Part shown: positions 24,589 to 38,900 of the stretch, one piece after another | Layout: the number at the start of each line of letters is the position of its first letter | Position numbering within the stretch: the stretch's first letter is position 1 | Assembly: GCA_040954595.2 (NCBI GenBank) | Contig: CM082578.2 | Coordinates: 1,966,831-2,030,830 of the forward strand | DNA: 64,000 nt | Reading direction: 5' to 3' | Source: Balanoglossus misakiensis | Lineage: Eukaryota; Animalia; Hemichordata | Notes under the pieces: model-generated | The model's database searches: none | Told to the model about the DNA's origin: nothing | Seen by the model: the letters and a program-made list of their open reading frames with translations, nothing else | Position numbers and translations under genes: made by a program

Positions 24589-27500
24589 ATACAACCGCTG
24601 GCTGCAGAGATCTCGGCAGACTGATCTGACTGAAATTGCAACACTGCATTGTCTCTATCAGTCTGGAGTGGATTATTTTGGTCGACCTGTCATTTTCTTT
24701 GTTGGCAGAAATTTCCCAGCAGCTTCCATTGACCTTGACAAGGTAATTAAAGCTCCATTAGCTTTATCTTTTCGCTACGTTTTCAGTATTTTTGTTTTGT
24801 TTATTTACTGCAGTTCTTTTTTTTCAAATTCCTGAAGCATGATGAAATGCCCAGCAATTTGCTTATTGAGTTATGACAACCAGTAATTGATCCCATTTCA
24901 GTGAGCAGAACAATACAAATAATATTTCACAAGAAAATTTAAATAACTAAAATAATGTCAAAAATGAGTGACTTTGTCCCTTTAACCAATTTTTTCACAT
25001 CTGAAGTGTTTTTTTGTCCACAGTTAGCTATTTTCTCTATCAGTGTTTTATCAGATCTCTGATTTTTTTTTCAGGCTGTGCTTTATCTGATTCAGCAGTT
25101 GGATCCCATTGTGAACAAGGATTACATTGTTGTGTACTTCCATACACTCAGTTCTCCGGCTAACCATCCAGACATCTCCTGGATTAAACAGGTCTACAAC
25201 TTGTTAGATTTTCGATGGAAGAGGAACCTCAAAGCATTTTACATCATTCACCCAACACTGTGGTCAAAGGTCAGTTGCTAAGGTTACTTCTGTTTCTAAC
25301 ATACAGAAGCCTAGATTTTCATCTCTGAATGTAAAATACAGTAAAATCTATCTAAACTGGGCACCATAGGGACTGAAAAAAATTGTTCAGTTTGCTGAGG
25401 TGTCCAGTTTGTAGAGGTATCCTGTGGTTCTATGTTAAAGGGCTTGTGAAAGATGTTTGGTATAGACAGGTTTCCAGATTAGAGAGAGTTCAGTTTAGAT
25501 AGATTTTGCTGTAGTATGGGGTTATGTGTAAAAAAAATGCCATATGTGGATGAAAGCCTTGTTTGTGGCATATTAGACGACCAATGACAGAGTCCAATAG
25601 TTCACATAGGGAGCCAAAGTTCATATGTGGTCATGTTTTGTGTATGATTCATTGTTTAACACTTTCATTAGTTAATTAATTGATTAAGGGGGTATTGCAT
25701 GAAACCGTCAAGACTTTTTCAGAGGCCTATTTCTCATCAAACACTACGTTAAAACCCCCTATAAACCATACATATTCTGGAAGCTAAGTCTTTGAACTTT
25801 TGTTTGAGATGCATGTTTTATTGACCCCCGGAAATGGTGGCCAATCAACGCAAAGCAAAGCTACTTAGATCTAAAGTTGTTAAAAGTGGCAGAAATGCAG
25901 ACCAAGAAAAACGGCAATGTGCATTGTTGACACTTATTTCTTCAACTGCGGACTCATTCAGAAAAGTGCTATTTTGGGTGATTATGTACCATTTCTGCCA
26001 AGATGCATTTGTCAGAATGTGGGTCAGTATTAGACCTACCGATTATGTAAAAAAGAAAAAAATTGGTAAAAATCATAACTTTTCATGTAAGGTAAATATT
26101 TAAAAACAAGGGAGGAACACAATGCCTTCATTACAAGTTGTCACACACAGTAGAAACACTTGTCAATTTGTTTTGGGATTCCAAACCACTCCAAATTTGT
26201 GTAACTTTCCAAGGTTATGCAAATTTCAAGCTTCACTCTGTTCAAGGGTGAGAGCCAATGTGTTTTGTTCTAATATCAACTTCAACCCCTTGTGTTGTCT
26301 TTGTGGGTGTTGGTGGTGTCACTGACTCCTTGGTGGCTGGTGTCAAACTGGGGAGGCTAAACCCCCATTGAAATCAGTCTGTTGGGAATAAGTGCAAATG
26401 TACATAACTGTGGAAGGAATTTGTTCTGCTATGCTCACTTTAGTTGAGAGAATGAACCTGATTAGAAATGTTTTAAGTTCATTTTAGTTCATATGACCTA
26501 CATGCTGAGTGTGCATGTTCTGTGACATCTTTTGCCTTTTTGAAGTGATCAACGCATCTGAACCAGAGTTTTCTTTAGCTGTTGGTGAAATAAGAAATAT
26601 GTACTACCTAAATATTAAATAATAATTAAGACAAAGCATACCTATCCTTGTGAGGTCAAAATGGGCATCATAGATTATCAGAGATGGTGGTGGTGGTGGT
26701 GGTGCATAGTATGTTTTAAAAATGATGAAATTACTGTTTAGAAATCCTTTTTTAAACTCCCTGGCTAAAGAGAAAAAAGGGTGTTTATTAACTGAAAATG
26801 TCATTAGACATCAAACTTTGGTGTTTGTTTATGATTACCAGTCACTTTTATAATCTTAACATTGTTTTATTGGAGAACCGTTTTGATATGTGGTGACAAC
26901 ATGGTTTCATGAAATTCTTTTTAATGAGTGAAAAGAATTGAAAGCACACTAATTATATTTCAGATAAAGAAAGGAGATGGTTGAAGTACCTTACTTTATC
27001 TAACAGACTTACGAGTTTTGTATGATATGTTCATGCTTATGTAGTTTATCTGTTCCATTTCAGGTTTTGACGTGGTTCTTCACAACATTCACAGCATCGA
27101 GTCTCAAAACGCGTGTTCACACTCATTCAGGAGTCAAGAACCTGTATAATCTCATCCCTCCAGAACACCTGGATATTCCACCTTTTGTTTTGGACCATGA
27201 CATGAAAGTGAGTATCATTTTGATGCTTATAGGATGATTTTCTTACAATTACTTTGTGCAAATAGGGTGTTCTTACACTGCTGGCATGCTGATAGTGTGG
27301 GATCAGAGTGTGTGAACAAATCGATCCCACATTCTCACTGAATGGGAAACTGTATATAATGCGAGCGCTGATTGGATGACAAAGCATTCTTTTATTACCA
27401 GGCGCTAAATGTTATCCATTGGCGCAAAGTGTAATACATGGACAAAAACTACAACGTACGAGACGACATTTACAGTCAATTATTCAATGTTTCTAATGCG

Positions 27501-27883
27501 AATTATAATTTGGCTTTTTTTTGTCGTGAGAGAAATAGAATCTCACACACCAAGGACCTAGGATCATATTTCTCACACTCGTCGGGGATATTTTGTCCCA
27601 CACTCGCCTGCGGCTCGTCTGGGACAGAAAATCCCCCACTTGTGTGAGAAATATGATCCCAGGTCCTTGGGGAATGTGAGATTCTATTAATCTCAATTCT
27701 ATGTTTTGGTAAAATGTGGATGTCAAAACTTTTCATTTTCTACAAAAATGGTCTACAGTGAAATGGTTTGGTTGTATAATATGTAAACTAATCTCTTGGC
27801 ATTTTCTTAATTTTTTTGCAACTTGGGTCAATGGTCCAGACTACTACATTTCAGCCAGTGATGACAGTAAAGATGGCCTGTAA
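24589..27883 (+). pseudogene. GDAP2: GDAP2 3' fragment (CRAL-TRIO/Sec14 domain), exons 24589-24742, 25075-25269, 27064-27207, 27827-27883; Macro-domain exons absent
   Basis: YNRWL...LYQSGVD..GRPV..VGRNFP...DLDK / VYFHTL...KRNLKAFYIIHPT..SK / VLTWFFTTF...DIPPFVLDHD / VNGPDYY..stop matches the recalled GDAP2 C-terminus. Last-exon acceptor reads tgg instead of tag (27824-27826). Confidence 0.88.
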
Positions 27884-27937
27884 AATGAGATGCAGTTGAC
27901 AACAAACCAGAGTGGTAGTTAAAAACAGATTTCATGG

Positions 27938-28119
27938 TACAGTAGAACCTTCTAAACCGAACACCAAAGGGACTGAAGGAATTGTTTCAGTTTGCAGAGG
28001 TGTCTGGTTTATACAGGTTCTTTTAATATGTGGTTCTATGTCAAAGGGACAGGAAAATGTGTTCAGTATAGACAGGTTTCAAGATTAGACAGGGTTTGGT
28101 TTAGACAGGTTTTACTGTA
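27938..28119. mobile_element. MITE family 2 copy just 3' of GDAP2 stop
   Basis: tacagtagaaccttctaaacc...ggtttagacaggttttactgta. Confidence 0.75.
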
Positions 28120-28246
28120 TTTGTAATATCTTTCAGTGGTGTTTGACATCACACACATGTGGACAAATGTTACACATGTGCTAACCATTGACTTGGTACC
28201 AAAATGCTTTCTTTCTTATTTTGTCAACATTTTGAATGCTGCAATA

Positions 28247-28446
28247 TTGAACACCTATTGCCTGGCCATGAGGGCCATAGCAGCCGTTTATTACACCCGA
28301 GGGGCTGTGAGTTACCAGAATCACATGGTATTTCCCGAGGCCGCAGGCCGAGGGAAATAGCATATGATTCTGGTAACTCACAGTCACGAGGGGGTAAAAA
28401 CGGCTGCTATGGCCCGAATATAGGCCAGGCTATAGGTGTTTTATAA
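28247..28446. repeat. Long hairpin element (centre cgaggccgcaggccgagg); similar architecture at 22475-22620, 27536-27686, 35483-35616, 44700-44935, 55315-55460
   Basis: aacacctat.gcctggcc...ggccaggctataggtgtt inverted arms. Confidence 0.65.
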
Positions 28447-28819
28447 TAAACCTCATGCTAACAGCTGGGAAAATCTTGCAATTTTCTCTTGGGGTTGGCA
28501 GACGACATCTTCCGCGGTGGCCATTGTGTCAGACGAAGCGACGCTGATTGACGTGACCGAGTCTGCGCACTCACGCTGGTCACGTGACCGGTTTATATTT
28601 TTTCTGCTATTTCCCTAGCGGTTCATAGTCAATTCTATTTTCATATCACGTGACGGATTCTGGCGAATCACGGCACAGTATTAGCATGAGGTATATTATA
28701 ACTAAGCATATGTCTCTGATTCTAGAAAATTAATAAGATATATCAGTATTATGACAAAAGTTAAAAAAATATCCATCAATGTAAATGTTTTCTTTATTTT
28801 TTAAATAATTTTTGTTCAG

Positions 28820-28924
28820 GTGACTTTCGTTGCTCCAATGGTAATTGTATAAATCCTGACTGGGTTTGTGATGGTACAGTGGACTGTGGTGATGGTGATT
28901 TCTCTGATGAGATTGGATGTGCAG
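28820..28924 (+). CDS. LDL-receptor class A repeat exon (first Cys missing)
   Basis: [34 protein letters not shown]; ttcag| and G|gtatgt. Not in the ORF track. Confidence 0.9.
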
Positions 28925-29709
28925 GTATGTTTTTGGCAAGTGGTCTGAAACAATCATCTCTACGCTCTCCTCAACATCATTGCAAAGTGGGCCCAGGTGA
29001 TGAGACCAAGTTTCCTAAATGTGTGGTATAGTGTACTTTTGGCTTGAAGTCATCATGCAAATGAATCTTGTAAATATGCGTGACAACTCTTATGTGCCAA
29101 CCTCAAACTACTAGACCGTAATTTATTTGTATGATCATCTCCTTTGCAACTACAGACTACTTTTGAACTGTCAGCAGAAAGTCTGATCCTCAAAGAATTT
29201 CGTACTGTAAAACAGGAAATTTTCGCGAGCGATAAATATTTCGCGAACTATGCGAGAGCCATAAAACACGAAAATAAAAAAGTTGTGTAAAAATGTTTTT
29301 CGAAGATAACAATGCCGTGAAATATGAGAATGCGAAAATCAATCATCGCATAAAAGTTATCACTTTTGATATCACGAAAAATTTCCTGTTTTACAGTATG
29401 TCATAATTATAAATCAGAAACAAAACTGGGTCAAGTATTTTAAGAATCTGGCATCTGTCACGCTGATAGAGTGAGCTTAGAGAATAATAATATGCTGTTC
29501 TTGGAATTTTCGGGTGTGATAAATGTCGTTTCAAAATTTTTACATTTGATTTATACTAATATAAAATTGGTTTTATACATGTACAATGGATACTCACTGT
29601 TGGTGAAGTAATTTTATCATCAATGAAATTTCTTCAACTTGAAGAGCAGAAGCTTTATGACCATTCATCACACAAATAAACCCTTTCTTTTTATTTTGAT
29701 GATGTTCAG

Positions 29710-32700
29710 GAACATGTGGTGGTTTGGAAACTGGTGTCTCAGGGACCTTTCACAGCACTGGATACCCAGATGATAATTATTACATTCTACAAGAATGTAT
29801 TTGGACAATCCAGGGACCTGCAACATCCAGAATAAAAATTGAGGTACAGTAAAACTTGTCCAATCTGGAAACCTGCCTATACAGAACACCTTTTCCCATC
29901 CATTCGTCGTACAAACACAATTTTAAAGGAACCTCTATAAAATAAACTGGACACCTGTATTAAAAAGTTTCTTCCTTATAACAAACTATCTATAACTTCA
30001 GGCTAGTTTATCAGTATTTTTGTTTTGTGTATAAAACACATTTCCTGTCCTTATGAGTAACCCATCACACCCCTGCAGCTCTCTGCTTGTCAACAAGTCA
30101 TGTGTATGTACTGACCATTGTTATTATTTACAAATGTTTTCAAACAACAACAATGCCAATTGTGCACTCATAGATTTCAATGAGAAGATTAAGACTATGG
30201 ATTTAACTCTGCCCTGGGGAGCTGAACAAGAAACTATGGTTGATACACAGAATAGAAATACTGAAAATTGCAACAAGTTACAACTAATGGGGCTTAAGTC
30301 ATGAATCTGTGTTTATTTTCATGTATATTGGCTTGAGACAGCTCACTATGTATGATGTGTGTTGTAACATTTTGTTTTTATTCTTTTCAGTTTCCGTATT
30401 TTGACACTGAACTTTATCATGATACTGTTGTCATTGTCGATGGGTCTGTGTTTGACCAATCCAAAGTTCTTGCAACATATAGTGGACCGGACCAGCCTGA
30501 TGAAGTTATTAGCAGTGGTAATGCAATGTTGGTGAAATTTCTCTCAGATAGTTCGCATACTGCTACTGGCTTTGAAGCATCTTAGCAAGCAGGTAATACT
30601 AAGTTTTGTACATGTACATACTTTAAAACGAGAAATTAATGCTCTGTGTTTACCTTAGGCAAATATTGTCTCTGAAACGTTTCGAATTTTACCCTGTGTG
30701 AACCAGGTATAACATTATAGATTGCACGTGTAGGCAATATTGGCCCTACCTTGACTGTGATCTTGCTGATGTTCTGTTTGTGAGGTGTGTATGTTAAGAT
30801 GACTTTTTCTTTCTTCCAGTGTATTCTTTGTGTGGTGGGAATTTCATAGCACAGTCATATAAACAGAATCTCAGCAGTACAGAATATTTTGAAGGCAAGA
30901 ATTATCTCAACAATGAAGATTGTAACTGGCAGCTGGCATCATTCACAACAGAATTTGTTGTCACTTTACAGGTAAATAGAAGACTACATGTAGATGAATT
31001 CATATTTTTACTCTTTTTAACCATTCATTTCATGTTATTAGTGGATTCAGATGCAATTAATCGTGTGAGTTGTTTGACAGCATGACAAAAATTAGTAATT
31101 GTATTTTTAAAAAAACATTTTATTTTTGTCATTTCTGGTCAATTCTCAGTAGCCACTTTTCTGATTTCTTAAAATTTGGTTTACAAGGACCAAGTATTTT
31201 TATTATGGTGTACATAAACATGTGTCAAATATCAATACTGGGGAGGAGGGGGGTGGGTAGTTTTAGACATTTTTGGTCCAAAAGTCCACTCATGTCAGAA
31301 ACGGCTCTTCCAGTTGTTTTGGATTTTGGTTTATTGGGATGTGAAAATATTCTTCATCAGATTTATTCTTATATTACCTCATCAATGCTAAAGGTGCCCT
31401 TATAGGGACAAAGTCTCTCTCTCTCGCTACCCTTTTCCCAGTTATTATGTTTGATACAAGACACCGTTTATGTTGTTCTACATGAGGATATATAGTGAAT
31501 CAACATTCAACCATTTTTAGGATATGAGAGTAAAAATCTCGCCCAAAATGAAGCGGGATGGAATGTTGATTCACTATATATCCACATGTAGAATAACATA
31601 AACGATAATCAAACGATAATTAATGGAAAAGGGGCAGCGAGAGAGAGACTTTGCCCCTTAATGGTTTTGTGTAGGAAATTGTGATCACTATGATTGTACG
31701 GTATGTCACATTTAAATGTACATATCAAATGGGAGCACAGTGTCTTTGATGCTATTTTTTATATCTTTTCAGTTTATCTCCTTTGCAACAGAAGATGGGG
31801 CTGATCAAGTGTCTGTATACGATGGCGCTGAACTGAATCCCGTCCTCCGACTTGCTTTATTTTCTGGGATGGAGTTACCCAATGTCATCATATCTTCCAA
31901 AAGTGTGATGAGAGTTGACTTTAAGAGTGATGATGCAGTTACAATGAGAGGTTTTCATGCACATTACTGGGCAGGTAGGTAACGCATTCAAATTGATCAA
32001 GATGTTGTTTGAATGAAGAGGCAATCAAGGATTCATGATACAAGAGAATAATGTTTTATAGGGACAAAGTCTCTCTCTCTCTACCCTTTTTCCAGGAATT
32101 ATGATGATACAATACAGCATTTATGTTATTCTACATGTGGATATATAGTGAATGAACATTCAACCACACACAACTTCCATCCCACTTGTAGACATAAGAG
32201 TGAAAAAACTCGCCAAAATGAAAAATCGGTCTCTACCGTTTATTCATTTTGGCAAGATTTTTACTCTCATATCCTACAAACGGGATGGAAGTTGTGCGTG
32301 GTTGAATGTTCATTCACTATATATCCACATGTAGAATTACATAAACAGTGTCTTGTATCAAACATAGTTATAGTGCAGGAGCTAAACCCAAAATTTGGGC
32401 ATAATTGTGCACTTTGGGTTAAAAGCATGAAACTTGGTACACTTATGCATTGACCCATGGCGGCCATTTTCTGATATGGATCCAAAACGACAGCGCCCTC
32501 TAGCGGCCAGAAACAGACATTTATACTTTAAAATTGTACACTTCGGGTTAAAAGCATGAAATTTGGTACAATTATTCATTGACCCATGGCGGACATTTTC
32601 CAATATGGATCCAAAAAGACAGCGCCCTCTAGTGGCTAGAAACTGACATTTACACTTTTCCCCCCATTAATGACACTTTTTGGGCAAGTTTAACACTCAG

Positions 32701-35306
32701 AGACAGAAATGTGGGTTGTAAAACATGCTTGCTGCCATACATTCCTTTTAATATTATCCTAATCCTGATGTACATGTATCAGATCAATCTTGTATGTTAC
32801 TAATTGAACGATTTGTTCTTCGAAATAACAGACCAGTTTTATTCACAAAGTCATGCAAAGGGGTAAGACAGCACCTCTTCTCCAGAAAGTCAAGGGTTCT
32901 CGAGAATACAGGCAGCTCCTAAAGAACATGTGCTGTGAGAAACCTAGCAAAGCTATATCAAACCAACAGAATCCCAGTGGAAATCAAGTTAGACAACTCT
33001 TAGTCAAGCCCAAGAAAAGAGTCAACCACAGGAAATCAGTTGCAAAAAGTCATACACATGTTTCTGTAGGTGCTTTAGATCTAGTCTTGCAGCAGTGGTC
33101 ATTGTTACTGTGAAGGAAGATGTCATCAAGATTGATCTGATACATGCATATCAGGATTAGGATAATATACACATGAATGTATGATACCAACCATGTTTTA
33201 CAACCCATATTCCTGTTTCTGAGTGTTACAAATTACCAAAAAGTGCCATTAATGGGGAAAGTGTGAATGTTAGTTTATGGTCACAAGAGGGCGCTGTCAT
33301 TTTGGATCCATATCAGAAAATGGCCGCCATGGGTCAATGCATACGTGTACCAAGTTTCAGGCTTTAAACCCGAAGTGCACGGTTTTTAAGTATGAATGTA
33401 TGTTTCTGGCCACTAGAGGGCGCTGTCATTTTGGATCCATATCAGAAAATGGCTGCCATGGGTCAATGCATAAGTGTACCAAGTTTCATGCTTTTAACCC
33501 AAAGTGCACGATTTTTTGGTTAACTGCCCCACTATAATGGAAAAAGGGCAGCGAGAGAGAGAAACTTTGTCCCTTTAAATCACTTAAAATCCTTCCCAAA
33601 GAATTTCAACCCAGTAAGAATTGTAAGGATCACAAATATATCTTCCTTTGCCATTTTTTCTGGAGGTTTATAAGCTCATCTGATACTGGGTCATTATGGA
33701 ACTTTTAACAGAAAAAATAACAAAATGTGAAAAAAAGTTAAATGAGTTTAATTTGCTTACTACATGTATAACGACAGAAATGTTTGACCTAAGGAAGTCA
33801 TAAAATACAGTTAACAGTCATTTCTTCTATCGCTTACGACTTTTTATCCAGAAGGCAATTATTATGTGATTTGATCCCCTAGCACGAAATAAAAGGCAGC
33901 CAGGATTACACCAAACCTGTGGATTGAATTAATTATTTCTTGTTTGGTATTTTTTCTTCAAAGGTTGCCAGGGAATTGAAATTCTGCGTAGTTTTGGTAC
34001 GATTCAGTCACCAGGCTTTGATGTTAGCACTTACCCTGATGATGTTATGTGTAGCTGGGTAATCAAGGAACCAACTGGAAGACCATTAACTCTTATCTTT
34101 GATGACAACTTTGGATTAGAGAGGAACACAGATGTTGATTACATCATTGTAAGTATCAGATATGATCAGGAGTCAGCTATGTTAAAGGGACAAAGTCTCT
34201 CTCCCGCTGCCCTTTTTCCATTAATTATGTTGATACAAGACACCGTTTGTGTTATTCTACATGTGGATATGTAGTGAATGAACGTTCAACCACATACAAC
34301 TTCCATCCCACTTGTAGACACAAGAGTGAAAAACTCGCCAAAATGAATAATCGGTGATTACTGTTTATTCATTTTGGGCGAGTTTTTACTCTCATACCCT
34401 ACAAATGGGATGGAAGTTGTTTGTGGTCGAAGGTTTATTACAAATGTATCTATATATCCACAGGTAGAATAACATAAACAGTGTCTTGTATCAAACATAA
34501 TTAATGGAAAAAGGGCAGAGAGAGAGAGAGAGAGAGAGAGAGACTTTGTCCCTTTAATGCTGACAAAATTTTGTCATATTATTTTGCAGTGATTTTAGTT
34601 TGACAATTTTGGCAGACATTACTTCAAACTATACAACTTTGGAACACAATTTTAAAATTCAATTAAACACATATATACTGTAAAACGGTAAACTTTTGCA
34701 ACATGAAATTTTCGCGTTCTTGTATTTCACTGCATCATTATCCCTGAAAAACATTTTTATGCGACTTTTTATTTTTTACCCTTTGATGGCTCTCGCATAG
34801 TTCACGAAAATTTATCATTTGCGAAAATTTCCCGTTTTACAGTATTTGAGTAGCTGTTACAGTAGGAAATGCAACAAGGATTGAATACTGTAAAACGGGA
34901 CATGATAATTTTTCGCAAACTACGTGAGAGCCAAAAAACATGAAAATAAAGAGTCGCATAAAATGTTTTTTTCGGAGATAACTATGCAGTAAAATATGAC
35001 AATGTGAAAATTAATTGTCGCGTAACAGTAGCCACCTTTGATATCGCGAAAATTTCCTGTTGTGAAGATTTCCCGTTTTACGGTATCTACAATGCATGCT
35101 TTATTTGTCTTTGTTTCTGAAGGTATACAATGGTACTGAGAGTGATGATGATGTCATTATTGGTCCATGGAGTGGCAATTCTGATGAAGTCATTGATGGC
35201 ACATTGCCACCACCCGATTGCCGTACAGACATTGGACACTTTTCGGTTGTGTTCAGGAGTAGTAGAACACGACCAGCTAAAGGATTCAGGGCGTCATTTT
35301 CACCAG
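29710..35306 (+). CDS. Three CUB domains, exons 29710-29843, 30391-30592, 30820-30971, 31773-31974, 33964-34148, 35123-35306
   Basis: CGG...S.GYP..Y...CxWxI / F.TE...D.V.V.DG...SG...VISS.N.M.V.F.SD....GF motifs. Premature TAG in CUB1. Confidence 0.9.
32371..33534. mobile_element. Foldback element (TAGTG...CACTA, ~420-bp inverted arms with subterminal tandem repeats) nested in a family 3 MITE
   Basis: Arms 32371-~32790 and ~33127-33534 are reverse complements. Removing the element plus one TA restores the host MITE sequence. Confidence 0.8.
34182..34557. mobile_element. MITE family 3 (TTAA target, AGGGACAAAGTCTCTC long TIRs; Kolobok-like)
   Basis: ttaa|agggacaaagtctctc...gagactttgtccct|ttaa, nearly fully palindromic. 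Copies at 9229-9542, 31400-31661, 32056-33578, 37144-37478, 41660-41788, 52609-52922, 59938-60095, 62267-62410. Confidence 0.8.
34676..35085. mobile_element. Two adjacent MITE family 1 copies in opposite orientation
   Basis: TIR pairs at 34676-34844 and 34886-35085. Confidence 0.75.
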
Positions 35307-36338
35307 GTATACATAACTTACTAACATTTCAGAAAAGGATGTTACAGAATTCTTAGAAACACGCACTCCCTTTATTCCTTATGATTTAGAGTCATTAAGT
35401 GAAAGGTGGAAAGATTTTTGAATATGCTTCGTTCATTCTAAGAATGATCTAATTTCAGGGACTTGTGGATGAATTGTAATGTTTATAATCTTTACGGCCC
35501 TGATACGGGTTTTGTGGCCCGAGGTCGTACGGCGGAAGCGCCCGACCGCAGGGAGGGCGGGAATCGACGTACGACCGATGGCCGCAAAACCCGTATCAGG
35601 GCCGTAAAGGTTTTATCATATGCCTTATTGAACGATAATCTACAAGAAACTAATAAAATACACATTCTGTAATATTTTGGAATGTAAATATTATGTGTTT
35701 ATTATGTAAATATTATCTATCGTTTTGGAATGATCTATCCCGTAGCATAGAGGCGCATTCCTCCAGTTCTTGCGGATTGATATGCACGATGTCATTTGTT
35801 TATATTCTATTGCACGTGAGATATAGACGCGCTCGAACTCACAGAGCCGAGCGCGAGCAAAACATTATTTTTTCTTTGCGACGATCGACGCCGACAGTCA
35901 CACATTAATCAAATCAAATCATCAATTTGACTATTCATATTTCCAAATAATGCTCTACAACATGCAGCGATTACGGAAGATGATGGGATTCGGTAGCGGC
36001 ATAGGACATACACACACTGCAAGTGCACTAGTCACTGACACCGCACCAGAAAAATTTAATTCCGAACGTAGCAATGACAACTTTCGAATCTCGCGCAATA
36101 AACACAAAACTAGATCCGGATATTGAACGCGTCTTCCAAATATGGTCACCGGGCCGGGGCGTGATAAGCAAAAAAACTGCAGGGATGTGAGGGCGCTTTT
36201 CCCCATAGACTTTACGTGGGCACGTGAATATAGGCATATGATAATAAACATACAAATGCGGCACGACGACCCCTCACATTTATGAGTCAAAGTATTTGTC
36301 TGCATGCATTCTTATCATTGTGATCCTTGTTCTGACAG

Positions 36339-38857
36339 ACTGTCCCGAAATTGTGATTGGTGAGGGCGTGGTGACCAGTACAGATGATAGAAGCTATGAT
36401 GTCACTGTCTCATTCCAATGCTTGGATGGTTATCAGAAAGTGTCTGGTACTGTCTCTTCTCTCACTTGTCTCTTTGGTGGAAACTGGAATGAAGAGGATC
36501 CTCTCAAGTTACCAGCATGTCAAAGTAAGGCAATAGTGCACTATTCTTCGATATCAAATAACGTCAGACGCAGTTCCGTTGGCATTCAAATTTCCAGATG
36601 ACGGGCAACATCAACAACTTGGTGCAGACAAAGACAGTGCAGATGAAACGCCATGAGGCTGATGAGGCACCATACCTGATACATGTTACGTGTCTGGTAG
36701 TTCTAAAGTAAAAACATACTCGGAAAAACTTTTACTGGATGCCGAAATATTGTTTGCCCGTCATCTGGAAATGACAACACCGTGGGTCACATGGCCAGAT
36801 CACGTGATTGATAGTAAAGAATTGGTAGGACCGAATCCAGTAGAAGGGGTCCAGCTAATTTCTACATAATTTGGTAGCTTTGAGGTCACTCTTTCAGAAG
36901 AAAAAAAAAACATTATTAGAAACCCATTGCCTGTTGATTTCCAGTGCGTAAACAAGCCTACATTTCCTGTTCCACAGTTCAGTCAAGTTTAGGAGAAAAC
37001 TAAAGTCGTCTCAATGTGAACTGTAACTCATGTAGGAATTAATGACTTCTCGTACAGGTGTCATGTTGTTTGTAGCTATAAAATTTCTGTGATGGGAATT
37101 AATGTGAAGATATGATTCAATCTAACTTATATTTTATGAACATTTAAAGGGACAAAGTCTCACTCACTGCCCTTTTCCATGAATTATGTTTGATACAAGA
37201 CACCGTTTATGTTATTCTACATATGGGTATACATGTATAGTGAATCAACGTTCGACCACACACAACTTCCATACTGTTGAGTAATGAGAGTAAAAATCTC
37301 GCCAAAATGAGTAAATGGTAGAGACCGATTATTCATTTTGGCGAGTTTTTCACTCTTGTGTCTATAAATGGGATGGAATTTGTGTGTGGTTGAATGTTGT
37401 TTCACTATACCATGGTGTCTTGTATCAAAGATAATTAATGAAAAAGGGGCAGCGAGATAGACTTAATTTGTCCCTTGAATCTATTGTTAGTAACAACTTG
37501 AATGACACTAATTTGTTGTTTATTTTTTAGGAATAACATGTGGTGGACCCCCTGAGTGCAGCAATGGAATTCTTACCAATGTTACCAGTACAGTGTATGG
37601 TGGAATTGCTTATTATCAATGCATTGAGGGCCATCAGTTTATAAATAATGTGACTTCATTGGAATGCCAAGCAGATGGTGTCTGGGGTCCGCTTGTGCCC
37701 CAATGCGAGCGTAAGTTGATATTTTTGAAAACAATTAAACTGTCATTGTAGTGCACACGTAGGAGACGGATTTTACAGGGTATATTGGCCTACTGTTTGG
37801 AGTAGAACAAAACATTGCATTTGGTACAGAGAACAAAAAATACTCTAAAACAGGTTATTTTCGCAACAGGAAATTTTCGCAATATCGAAAGAGGCAACTG
37901 TTATGCGAGGATTAATTTTCGCGTTTTCATATATCACTAACTGCATTGTTATCTCTGAAAAACATTTTACGCGACTTTTTATTTTCATGTTCTTTGGCTC
38001 TCGCGTATTTCGCTGAAATGTTTTGCTCGCGAAAATAGCCCATTTTGCAGTACTTAAAATAAAGCCAATTACAAGTTACTGTAGCTACATGTAATGTCCC
38101 TTTAAACTTTTTTCCTAGTAGTAACACGCTTGTGATGTTATCTGTTCATCTTACCCAAACAGCTCGTGAGTGTCCACCACCGAATGTAGACAACTACTTA
38201 TCTTATGAAATTGTTAATGGTGATTCATTGGTTTTTGGAACAACCATTGCCTACTCATGTCCATCTGGCTACAGTCTGACTGGCTACACTGTCTCTACAT
38301 GTGGTGAAGATGGATCTTGGATTGGAGATCCAGGATACTGTCAACGTAAGTCATTTAAGGACATGTACGTTCACTAAAATTGAAAGTATGGTCATTTCTT
38401 TTAATTGTTAATTTTTGGATTCGCCTTTGTATGTATAATGAAAATCAGTAATGAAATATACGGGTCACCGTGCTTGTTTTTGAAATACAGAGCCATGAAT
38501 TCAGTCGATAATAGAAGAAAAGGAGTCTATGGTATCTGGACTTTTATAGTGGGAACTTGGGGTGAAAAGGTTAAAGTTGTTTCACAATACAGGTACCTGA
38601 TACATACCGGTATACCACAACCAAGTCTGAATCCACATAATCCATTAAGATGTTTTATTTTTTTTTACTTGCAGGATTAAACTGCAGTGACATACTCATA
38701 ACAGACCAACATTTACAAGCTGTCCCAGATAGTGGACCATATTATATGGGCAGCAACATCACATTCTATTGCGATGCTGGCTGTGAATTAAATGGTGCTG
38801 ATTATCTGACATGTCAATCAGATTTACAGTGGAATGATGCAATACCATCATGCATTG
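36339..38857 (+). CDS. Four Sushi/CCP domains, exons 36339-36524, 37531-37710, 38163-38345, 38675-38857
   Basis: C...F/YxCxxGY...C..xGxW....PxC in each phase-1 exon. Confidence 0.9.
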
Positions 38858-38900
38858 GTAAGTTCACATCATGATTGGTCTTCATGTGGTTGTCTGCTTA

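Noticed and set aside
21541-24742. In-frame Uif-like::GDAP2 fusion protein
   Set aside because: The HYR exon ends in phase 1 (phase 0 after the frameshift) and the GDAP2 exon starts in phase 2. An upstream TAA also blocks it.
30583-30585. Programmed read-through or recoding of in-frame TAG
   Set aside because: It sits at a conserved CUB Tyr position (single-base change), among many other decay lesions.
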